In this document: one piece after another, positions 1 to 9,099 of the stretch | How positions within the stretch are numbered: position 1 is the first letter of the stretch | How the letters are laid out: every line of letters starts with the position of its first letter | From: Octopus sinensis | Taxonomy: Eukaryota | Assembly (NCBI RefSeq): GCF_006345805.1 | Contig: NW_021823954.1 | Coordinates: 1-20,244, forward strand | Direction of reading: 5' to 3' | Length of the DNA stretch: 20,244 nt | Notes under the pieces: model-generated | The model's database searches: none | Told to the model about the DNA's origin: nothing | What the model saw: the letters and a program-made list of their open reading frames with translations, nothing else | Position numbers and translations under genes: made by a program

Positions 1-16
1 TGTACTACATCAGGGC

Positions 17-20
<4 letters not shown>
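1..20 (+). mobile_element. Terminal 20 nt of repeat family A, cut by the window edge
   Basis: tgtactacatcagggcattt matches the end of the family A copies (ggtactgcatcagggcatt at ~4912-4930 and ~13936-13954) and is likewise followed by (TTA)n. Confidence 0.7.
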
Positions 21-57
<37 letters not shown>

Positions 58-180
58 TATTATTATTATTATTATTATTGTTGTTGTTGTTGTTGTTGGT
101 ATTATTATTATTAATATTGTGTTATTATTATTATATTATTATTATTATTATTGTTATTGCTGTTGTTGTTGTCGTTGTTG
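19..180. repeat. Compound (TTA)n/(TTG)n microsatellite
   Basis: Direct reading. Confidence 0.95.
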
Positions 181-1074
181 TGTTGGTGTTCATTACTGTA
201 GTAGAAAGGATTGATTTTGTTGTTGTTTAGCATGAGCTGCTAACCTCAATATATACATCAGTGAGTCACCATCCATTCATTCATTCATCCACTCAGGTAC
301 CCGTTTAACTATCCATCTATCGATTGAACGATCCATCCATCGATCCTACCCTTCAGCCACTCACCACCATCACCACCACCACCACCACCACCACCACCAC
401 CATTACCATCGCCACCGTAACCTTCACTTTTACTACCCTAACACCACTAAAAAAAAACTTGACAAAAACTACCACCGAAGAAAAGAAATGGAGAAAAATC
501 AAGGTGAAAAGAAAAGAGAGGACTCGTTGGATAATGTCATGGTTATTGCAATTGGTGTTGTTACTAATATCATAGTCGCCGTCGTTGCTGTGTTCATCAT
601 CGCCGTTGTCCTCGTCATCGTCATTATAATCGTGTACTGGTAATTAATATCATTGATGATGTTAATGATGTTGTTAGTGGCAATAATGGCGTTGCTGAAT
701 TTATTCGACGTTGCAGAATTTATTCCTCGCTGTACAATGTTTGAATAAATATTAAGATGACTATTTACCAGTACAGAACGCCTATTATCTTTGGATAAAA
801 GTCTGATGAATCAGAAGAAGGTCAACGCTTAGCTTAATTTTTTAGATCTATGACCAAAGATTATAGGTCTGTGGGATGAGAGAAGAGGCCGGACTGTGCA
901 ACGGCACAATTGCAGCAACTCACATAACACTTAACAACCATAAGCTAAAAGATAGCAGCCACAACAATGATAACAACACAACGAGCAATACCAACACAGA
1001 GGCCAACAATTATGATAGGCAGAACGGCGAATAAATTCGGCAACGCCAATATTGCCACTAACATCATCAACACC

Positions 1075-1208
1075 GGCTGTGTGGTAAGTAGCTTGCTTAC
1101 CAACCACATGGTTCCGGGTTCATTCCCACTGCGTGGCACATTGGATAAATGTCTTCTACTATAGCCTCGGGCTGACCAAAGCCTTGTGAGTGGATTTGGT
1201 AGACGTAA
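1075..1208 (+). mobile_element. Partial tRNA-derived SINE (family C; head plus CORE-like part)
   Basis: Near-identical to 19637-19772; A-box-like ggctgtgtgg and B-box-like ggttcattccc. Confidence 0.85.
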
Positions 1209-1326
1209 ATTATTTACATTATTTACATTCGACGGATATTTGTCCTCATCTTGTTTGTTGTAAACACAGCGTTTCGGCTGATATACCCTCCAGCCTTCAT
1301 CAGGTGTGTTGGCGAAATTTTGAACC
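1209..1326 (-). mobile_element. Inverted, 5'-truncated copy of HHR-bearing tail module E
   Basis: Reverse complement matches 1461-1578 at 111/118 nt (hand alignment). Confidence 0.9.
1263..1308 (-). ncRNA. Minimal type I hammerhead motif, probably inactivated (U16.1 to C)
   Basis: Minus strand reads ACAC-CUGAUGA-A-GGCUG(10 nt)CAGCC-GAAA-CG-CU-GUGU; the U that should pair with A15.1 is C. Confidence 0.5.
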
Positions 1327-1578
1327 ACAGGAACATGGCGTATTGGTTGAGAGCGCAGGCTACTAACCCCAAGATTCCGAGTTCGATTCAAAGCAGTGAC
1401 CTGAACAACAACAACAATAATAATAATAACCTTGAAAAATACCTTAGGAATGAGAACCCAGGTTCAAAATTTCCCCAAGACACCTGAAGAAGGCTGGAGG
1501 GTATATCAGCCGAAACGTTGTGTTAACGACAAACAAGATGAAGACAAATATCCGTCGAATGTAAATAATGTAAATAAT
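1325..1578 (+). mobile_element. Composite SINE-like element: tRNA-like head F (1325-1403) + (AAC/AAT)n + tail E (1431-1578)
   Basis: A box TGGCGTATTGG at 1336-1346 and B box GTTCGATTC at 1381-1389. The head recurs at 4982-5065 (-); the tail recurs at 5113-5265 and 1209-1326. Confidence 0.8.
1479..1524 (+). ncRNA. Minimal Penelope-type type I hammerhead ribozyme motif
   Basis: Stem I GACAC/GUGUU; core CUGAAGA (1484-1490) plus one extra A; stem II GGCUG/CAGCC; GAAA at 1512-1515; palindromic ACGU stem III; GUU triplet with predicted cut after 1519. Confidence 0.65.
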
Positions 1579-1579
1579 G

Positions 1580-2310
1580 AACTTTAGCAACATCAGTCAC
1601 CTCCGCCACATCCATCACCAACGGAAAGAGAATAGCAACAGCAGCAACAATAACAACAACAGCAACAGCAACAAGGAAGATACCACTACAGGCCGGTAGA
1701 ACACCAGCGACTTTAACCAAAACTCACCGTTACCACATCTATGACAACAACCATCAACACAACCATGACCACCACTCCAACAATAACAAAAGCAACAAAT
1801 GCAATAAGTCAATATCATCACCACAACCACTCCCACCACAGACATCACACCACCCAAAACTACCATCACCACCAAAACTACCACCACACTCACCACCACT
1901 TTGTACCACTACCATCACCAACACCACCCATGCAGCCACCACCAGTGTCACCACTACTACAACCAACAACAACAACAACAAAAATATCAAAAGCTTTCAC
2001 CACAACACCAAACCACCACCAACAACAAGACCACCACCATCATCATCACCACCACCACTCCGCCCCACCACTCTCACCACCACCACCACCACCACCACCC
2101 TTAATGCCACCACCACCCTTACCGCCACCACCCCTGCCGCCACCACCCTGCCGCCACTACGCCTGACGCCACCACCGCCAACACCACTGCCAACACCACT
2201 GCCAACAAGAAAACTATCAAAAGCCCTCACAAAAACTCCTTCACCACCACAACAACAACCACCACCGAGGCCACCGTCTCCTCACCACTATGGCAACAAT
2301 AGCAACAACA
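1580..2310. repeat. Degenerate (CAC/CAA/CAT)n low-complexity tract
   Basis: Direct reading; source of the spurious poly-T/H/P/Q ORFs. Confidence 0.9.
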
Positions 2311-2454
2311 CCGATGTGTGCAGGCCGATCAATAATAATACAAGATCAATTTCTCACGCTAAACCATACATGCACAACGTTGAAAGATCACACAGAGGCG
2401 GCGAACGTCATTGTTCAGTTGTATTATATATATACACGGTGACAATGTCCTAGT

Positions 2455-2750
2455 CTGTGTGTGAGTGTGTGTGGTCGTGGTTGTATAGGAGCTACATGTT
2501 TGCAACTATTGATGCATATATGTGGGTCTGTGTGTGAATGTGTGTGTGCGTGAATGTTTTGTGTTTTGTTCTTTATATTTTTTTCTTCTTTTTCACAGGA
2601 CACCTCATTTCTTTTGTCCGCATTCGGTGTGTTCCCACAATGTTATAATGTGGTAATGTTATGTGTGTGTGTGTGTGTGTATTATATATATATATATATA
2701 TTATATACATACGGATATTCAGACACACACACACGCGCGCACACGCACAA
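2455..2750. repeat. (TG)n/(TA)n/(CA)n dinucleotide tracts around a short unique segment
   Basis: Direct reading. Confidence 0.85.
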
Positions 2751-3173
2751 TTAAATAAAGCATGAAAGGCCTCAACACAAGCTAATAGGTTAACCTGAAT
2801 ACATTGCCGTGTAGCTCTAGTTTAGTAGATCGAACAATTTTGTGTGCAAAGCTACTATATATACTGATTGTATGCAGGTTAAACCCCAAAATAGGTATAC
2901 CCATATTGAATGATCACACGATCTTAATTAAAGTACTCTTTATTTTCAAAATAATTTAAAATAGCAATAACAAATCTCTGAACGAGGTATAAAAAAGTAA
3001 CTGCACGACAATGGGGAGGTATATTTGCCATCTCAAATATGGCTAACCACTAAGGGTGGGTGTTACTGTAGCTTGTAGCCCTAGGAGAACATCGTCTCCG
3101 GCTGGCTTTAGGCACACTTTCTGTGCCCTTAAGGTATTTGCAAAGGGAGGTCATCCTTCCCTCGTCAACCTAA

Positions 3174-3232
3174 GTGATACGCACGGACTGCAGTTTCTAG
3201 GTATTGACCTGTCTTCAGCGTACGACGATCAC
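3174..3232 (-). ncRNA. Type I hammerhead ribozyme (minus strand)
   Basis: Minus strand: GUGAU-CGU-CGUACG CUGAAGA C-AGGU(CAAU)ACCU-A GAAA CUGCAG UC CGUGCG-U-AUCAC. Stem I is 6 bp + internal loop + 5 bp, stem III is the palindrome ACUGCAGU, and the triplet is GUC (cut between 3186 and 3185). Only deviation: a C.A pair at 10.1/11.1. Confidence 0.75.
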
Positions 3233-3562
3233 CGGTTTTCGATGAAAGGAGTCCCAATGCAAATACTTATATAATTTTTCCAGTAACTTTTTGTCACTGA
3301 TCTCGAATCTACTGACAATTATTTTATGAGCGTCTGTTTTCAAACTAATGGCTGTTCTGGTCCAGGCGCAACCGATCACGCAACGTAATGGAATGGAAAG
3401 CATCTAAAAACTTTTCGTTCGGTCTTTGTGCGTATTCTCGTTCAATGTTTGCCGTCGGTCCGTCGACTATTGCTGGTTGTGTAGCCCTGACTTTCTTCAG
3501 TATCTTCGTACAAATATATATATCGTAATTGTTATAATGTCTTGTTGTTGAGATAGGCTCTC

Positions 3563-3651
3563 TTTCTTTCCTGATGAGAAGGTTGCATTTTACACCGTTT
3601 ATTCCTTTGGAATAAAACCAATGTTGTCTTCGAAACATATGTCGAAAGTAA
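3563..3651 (+). ncRNA. Type I hammerhead ribozyme (plus strand), canonical core
   Basis: Stem I CUUUC(3566-3570)/GAAAG(3644-3648); CUGAUGA at 3571-3577; stem II GAAGG/UCUUC with G10.1-C11.1, extended by the hairpin UUUAUUCC/GGAAUAAA; GAAA at 3632-3635; palindromic ACAUAUGU stem III; GUC at 3641-3643. Confidence 0.85.
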
Positions 3652-3846
3652 AATAATTTTAAAAACATCTTCGTTGAACTCCATTTATTTACTTATACTA
3701 CACAAATTACTGCACATTAACCCGGAGTTTCTACCTTTGAATAGGTCGCTTTATCCGTGTTACTTGCGTGAATTTTGCTACCCTGGAAACTGTTTATTGA
3801 ATTTTCCATGTTAACGGTAAACAAAGGATAATTCATTCATCCTTTA

Positions 3847-3848
<2 letters not shown>

Positions 3849-3894
<46 letters not shown>

Positions 3895-3966
3895 GATATA
3901 TATATATATATACTATATATATATGTAATGGGCTTCTTTCAGTTTATAAAAAAAATAAATAAATAA

Positions 3967-4017
<51 letters not shown>
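3849..4017. repeat. (TC)n(TA)n microsatellites
   Basis: Direct reading. Confidence 0.9.
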
Positions 4018-4019
<2 letters not shown>

Positions 4020-4117
4020 CCATTTATAAAAAATAGATTTCCGCACATAAATTACTAATCCGCTTCCACTTTACCATGATGAAAATTAGATTGAAATCGG
4101 GCAAAAGGTGTCCAATC

Positions 4118-4353
4118 AATAACTTAGCAGATAGCCAAAGAAGATCGATAAAATAATTAGCGGTTCGCCAAAGGTGATCAATAAAATAACTTATCGGTTC
4201 GTCAAAGAGGGACGATAGAATAACCTAGCGATTCGCCAATCGAGATCGATAAAATATCCTAGCGGTTCGCCAAAGGCCATCGATAAAATAACTTAGCGGT
4301 TCGTCAAATGGGTTTGATAAAATAACTTAGCGGTTCGCCAAAGGGAATCGATA
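4118..4353 (+). repeat. Minisatellite, 7 units of ~34 bp (consensus AATAACTTAGCGGTTCGCCAAAGGNNATCGATAA)
   Basis: Units start at 4118, 4152, 4185, 4219, 4253, 4287 and 4321. Confidence 0.9.
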
Positions 4354-4373
4354 TTATTATTATTATTATTATT

Positions 4374-4927
4374 GAGTGAGAGAGCAGTTCATGCCATCAA
4401 AGTGACACTGGGGTAAAATATACGAAGCCCAATATACCCATCATGACTACCCGTCTGATAAAGGCACACCAGGCACATGCATCACAACCATATGTGCGCG
4501 ACATGGTGATCTCATATCAAGATAAACAGCACATGACCTTGCAGGTGGGGCCCAGTTAGAATTTTCTTCTGGTTGAGTAGCCCATCCCGCTCAAACGGTC
4601 CCTGAATAAGGGTTGTTTTAGGATGTTGAAAGAACCACCCATATTTCCAGAGGTGAATTATTCAAACCCCAAAGAATCCCTCTCAACACATGGCTATGAT
4701 GTTCCCCCACTACTTCTGCTCGTGATCAGAGATGCACATATCGTCAGCCACTAAGGGACATGCTCAACTGGTTAAGGTCAAACAACTGACAAGCAAATCT
4801 GTGGTATTGAGCAGAATATTTGCTGTAGCCCATCTTTTATACCAAGACAAAACAATGTACATGATAACACTTCCAATCAGTTAAGATCAGAAGCCATGAG
4901 AGCCATTGCCTGGTACTGCATCAGGGC

Positions 4928-4930
<3 letters not shown>
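4374..4930 (+). mobile_element. Interspersed repeat family A (~555 bp, non-coding; orientation arbitrary)
   Basis: Colinear with 13406-13954 and with the reverse complement of 9100-9542; (TTA)n on both sides. Confidence 0.9.
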
Positions 4931-4971
<41 letters not shown>

Positions 4972-4981
4972 TATTATTATT

Positions 4982-5062
4982 CAACTCACTGCCTGAAATC
5001 GAATTCCGAATCTTGGAGTTAGTAGCCCACGCTCTTAACTACTACGCCATATGCCCGTGGGC

Positions 5063-5065
<3 letters not shown>
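4982..5065 (-). mobile_element. tRNA-like head F, inverted relative to the adjacent tail E
   Basis: Reverse complement (atggcgtagtagttaagagcgtgggctactaactccaagattcggaattcgatttcaggcagtgagttg) aligns to 1335-1403. Confidence 0.85.
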
Positions 5066-5112
<47 letters not shown>

Positions 5113-5116
<4 letters not shown>

Positions 5117-5265
5117 TCAAAAATGTACCTTAGGAATGAGAACCCAGGTTCGAAATTTCCCCCAAGACGCCTGATGAAGGCTGGAGTGTATTTCAATCGA
5201 AACGTTGTGTTTACAACAAACAAAATGATGACAAATATCCGTCAAATGTAAATAATTTAAATAAT
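5113..5265 (+). mobile_element. Tail module E, preceded by (AAT)n
   Basis: Aligns to 1431-1578. Confidence 0.9.
5166..5211 (+). ncRNA. Minimal type I hammerhead motif (third copy, weakened stem II)
   Basis: GACGC-CUGAUGA-A-GGCUG..CAAUC-GAAA-CG-UU-GUGUU; stem II has one C.A mismatch and a G.U pair. Confidence 0.5.
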
Positions 5266-5524
5266 TCTGAACGGTTCCATCTGCTTCAAATTTATCCATA
5301 ATTCGATTGATTCTTTGTTGCGTAGGTGGATCCTTTTTGAAATTTCCTCTTAAACTGTCTTTGCACAACAACTGCGTTCTCAAACTTCCAGTACCACTTA
5401 TGGAAAACTTGCCTTTCTTCAAAGCAGACTTCCTTCTTTATATCTGAGTGGTTGAACCTAAATAGAAAGGAAAAGTATGTGAATTATCAGCTGTTAGAGT
5501 GTGTACACAGTTTTAGGACGCCCT

Positions 5525-5532
5525 ATATTATG

Positions 5533-5566
<34 letters not shown>

Positions 5567-5678
5567 TGTATGTATGTATGTATGTATGTATGTATGGATG
5601 GATGGATGTATGCATGCATGCATGCATGCATGTATTTAAGTATAATGTATAGTTATATTTATATATATATAGACCCAA

Positions 5679-5772
<94 letters not shown>

Positions 5773-5841
5773 AAATATATGTAGATACATAACATTACCA
5801 CATATATATACATATGTATATGTGTGTACGTATATATATGT

Positions 5842-5880
<39 letters not shown>

Positions 5881-5881
5881 G

Positions 5882-5915
<34 letters not shown>

Positions 5916-5943
5916 ACACACACACACACACACACACACCACA
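5525..5943. repeat. Compound (TATG)n/(CATG)n/(TA)n/(TG)n/(CA)n microsatellite
   Basis: Direct reading. Confidence 0.95.
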
Positions 5944-6506
5944 CTTCACAGACGAGATCCAGAGATTCTTCGGATTGAACAGTAATGCTCAAAAGATTCA
6001 AACTTAGAAACCGACGTATTTACAGGGAATCGATTCGACAAGGTAAAGAAAGGTTATAAGAAAGATCAGGTTGAGCGGATTTAGAAGAAATTATGCGAAC
6101 AAATAAATTAGACGCATTAAATAAATATTAAACATATTAAATATATTAGATATAATATTTTGGGTATGAAATACAAAATATGTATACATATATAGATACA
6201 AAATGAGAGACTTTCAGGTGATGAATTTTTAAGTATAAGTGTATAGATATTTATATTAATAGGTTCAACTTACACACTGTACAAACGACAAAGAAAATTA
6301 AAGGGCTGGAAGAAAGGCCCAACAGCTGTTTCGGGGGGCTCGGAGATACGTTATAATATTGGTAGATATAGTCTAGTCACAGTATGCGATCTTAATGCAT
6401 GCAATCAACACAAGGAAAATAAAACACAATGACCCATCAAAAAATTAAAATATTTTTTAAAGGTAACGAAAAATATCAACTAGATATTGACTAAGGTTTT
6501 AAGAGT

Positions 6507-6760
6507 TTACTAAAAATAGCCACCCTGAAGTTCCAACAACACCAAAAGACGGCTCCGGAACGTGGCTCATACGTTCCTCAATGTGTCTCAGGAAGGATCT
6601 TCGAACACTTCCTTGATGTTGGTCACTAGCTCGGCCTTGGTGTTGCAGGCAAAACGGTTGGTGTTTTTGTCAACTGCACTTCGCACAGTAATTCCTGTGA
6701 TTAGAAGAGGGGGAATTAAAGGGCTAAAATTCGAGACCGGTGAAGTCGTAAAAATACTGT
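6507..6760 (-). pseudogene. Decayed Tc1/mariner-superfamily transposase, C-terminal part
   Basis: Minus-strand translation FYDFTGLEF*PFNSPSSNHRNY..(frameshift)..AVDKNTNRFACNTKAELVTNIKEVFEDPS*DTLRNV*ATFRSRLLVLLELQGGYF* resembles the WPPNSPDxNPxDY...FRxRLxxxxxxxGGYFE end of Tc1/mariner transposases. Confidence 0.7.
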
Positions 6761-6944
6761 TAAACTATGTAATCGAATATGTGTGTTTCCCCATTTTTTT
6801 GTTTTAATTTGATCTCCAGCTGTTATTTCTAGCATGACGAATGATCTTCGAAGCGACTCCTACATTGGCTCGAAGAGGCGTGGTAATTGGAATTTGCGCT
6901 GATGAGGTTGGTTAAGTGAATTAGTGTTGGTTGTGAGAGAAGTT

Positions 6945-7495
6945 GATGATGGTGGTGGTGGTGATGGTGGTGGTGGGGTGGTGGTGGTGGTGGTGGGGAT
7001 CATAGTGGGTCGATAGTTGTGCTGGAGTGGTATTGTTAGTGGGCGTGGTAGAGGTGGTGATGGTGGTGGTAACATGGTGGTATTGATGTCATGGCTGTGG
7101 CGGCGATGGTCGTGGCAGTGGCGGTTTGTGGCGGCGGTGATGCTGTTGGCAAGATGGTGGTAATGGCGTCATGGTTGTGGTGGTGGTGGTGGTAGTGGTA
7201 GCAATAACAGTGATGGCGGTGGTACTGATAGTGGTGATTATTGTGATGGTAGTGGTGTGGTGCTGGTTTCGGTAAAATGATGATATTGATGGTGGTTGGT
7301 TGTGGTGGGGATGGGTCGATTGTGGTGGAGACGATGGCATTAGTGATAGTGATGACAGTGATGAGGGTGATGGTGGCAGCAGTGGTAGTGCTGATGATAG
7401 GAATCAGAAGCAGCAGCAGCAGTAGCAGCTGCAGCAGTAGCAGCAGCAGCAGTATTATTATTATTATTATTATTATATTATATTATTATTATTAT

Positions 7496-7550
<55 letters not shown>

Positions 7551-7565
7551 GGTGGTGGTGGTAGT
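6945..7565. repeat. Chain of (GGT)n/(GAT)n, (CAG)n, (TAT)n, (TAG)n and (TGG)n microsatellites
   Basis: Direct reading. Confidence 0.9.
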
Positions 7566-7796
7566 AGTGGTGTTGCTGAGTGAGATGATAGTAGTGTTCA
7601 GAAGCAAGGTCACGTTTGGGAAAGATCATTTCATAATGGCCCCAAGCCACGAGCAGACCAGAACTACACTGTGCAACTGAACGAGGCACTTACTTGTTAA
7701 TTATGCCCCGCCCTTAAGGGTTGTTGTATGGTAGTATTGCGTGGGAATTTACCTTCTCCAACCCCCTGCCATATCCATGGTCCTAATTGCTTATAA

Positions 7797-7855
<59 letters not shown>
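7797..7855. repeat. (AAT)n abutting the 5' end of the LINE fragment
   Basis: Direct reading. Confidence 0.95.
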
Positions 7856-7857
<2 letters not shown>

Positions 7858-9099
7858 TTACAAATATTTAGGAATCCATGAACTGGATAAGATACAAAAC
7901 ACTCAAATGAAAGAGAAAATAAAGAAAGAATACTATAGACAAGTGAGATCAATACTAAAAGCAGAGCTCAATGCTAAAAACAAGATAATAGGTATTAACA
8001 CTTTGGCCGTCCCAGTTATAAGTTACAGCTACAATATCCTTAACTGGACACTAAATGAACTGACCAAAATAGATAGGAAAACAAGAAAAATAATGACAGG
8101 ATCTAGGATGCATCACCCAAAATCTGACATAGAAAGACTATATATACAACGTATAGAAGGTAGTAGAGGCCTTATACAGCTGGAAAACTACTATAAAATA
8201 ACCACCATAGGACTGCAAAAATATCTTCTTCAGAAGCAAGGGAAACGGATACAAATAGTGACAAAACACGAGCAAAACAAAAAACTGTTCTCAGTATTCA
8301 AGGAAGCTGACAAATACAAACAAGAAATCATACCACCTAACAAATAGTTAGAAGAAGAAGAAGAAGAAGAAGAAGAAGAAGAAGAAGAAGAAGAAGAAGA
8401 AGAAGAAGAAGAAGAAGAAGAAGAAGAAGAAGAAGAAGAAGAAGAAGAAGAAGAAGAAGAAGAAGAAGAAGAAGAAGAAGAAGAAGAAGAAGAAGAAACA
8501 ACAAAAGCTATAAAACAAATTAAATCCAAACTAAAACTAGAACAGCAACGTACCATGATAAAACAATGGCAAGAAAAGCCCCTTCATTGCAAATACTGGA
8601 CTAAGCTAAATGCAAAAGAAATAGACAAAGAAAAATCTCAACAATGGTTGAGAAGCTCAGGACTCAAAGCAGAGACGGAGGGATTTTTAATTGCAGCACA
8701 AGACCAAAGCCTCCCCACCAGAAATTACCAAAAACATCTAATGAAAAGAAGCATAACAAGTAACTGCAAAATATGTGGAGATGGACAAGAAACAATAAAT
8801 CATATTATCTCTGGCTGCCCACTCCTGGCTAAGAAGGAATATATTCACAGACACGACAGAGTTGGGACCTACATACACTGGAAGCTATGCCAGCATTATG
8901 GAATAACAACAGAAAAAAGATGGTATAAGCACACACCAGAAAAGGTCACAGAAAACGAGAAAGCAACCATACTCTGGGATATGCCAATACATACAGATAG
9001 AGAAATTAAGTCCAACAGGCCATATATAGTTGTCAGAGATCATGAAGAAAAAAATGCTTTCTAATTGATGTATCAATACCAGCAGATGACAACGTGTCT
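7856..9099 (+). pseudogene. Non-LTR retrotransposon ORF fragment, R4/Dong-like (RT thumb, CCHC knuckle, start of restriction-like endonuclease)
   Basis: One frame: YKYLG...AVPVISYS...DRKTRK...HHPKSDIERLY...G(S)RGL, then CKICGDGQETINHIISGC, RHD, NRP(Y)IVV and LIDVSIP. Disabled by TAG at 8345-8347, a D-to-Y change in the PD motif and a -1 frameshift in the A run at 9048-9054. Truncated at both ends. Confidence 0.88.
8351..8497 (+). repeat. (GAA)49, in frame within the LINE ORF
   Basis: 147 nt of pure GAA, in the same frame as the flanking ORF parts. Confidence 0.95.

Noticed and set aside
803-830. CTGATGA as an HHR core
   Set aside because: No downstream stem II-GAAA.
768-867. Minus-strand exon-like segment with acceptor and donor motifs
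   Set aside because: Stops in all three frames and no other support.
1336-1403. Head F (also the H and I heads) as genuine tRNA genes
   Set aside because: No complete acceptor stem; they continue into repeat bodies, so they are SINE heads.
324-2230. ORFs rich in T/H/P/Q/V
   Set aside because: They are translations of trinucleotide repeats and SINE sequence, with no domain signature.
3056-3668. ORFs 3056-3274, 3215-3403 and 3345-3668 as a GIY-YIG, Helitron or Oblin-like protein
   Set aside because: No recognisable motif in any frame; only a weak GIDL resemblance.
4118-4353. CRISPR-like appearance of the 34-bp repeats
   Set aside because: The units are contiguous with no unique spacers, the context is eukaryotic and there are no cas genes.
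6316-6345. Minus-strand CCGAAACAGCTGTT, resembling a PLE HHR 3' half
   Set aside because: The upstream CUGANGA and stem I partner are absent; at best an unrecognisable relic.
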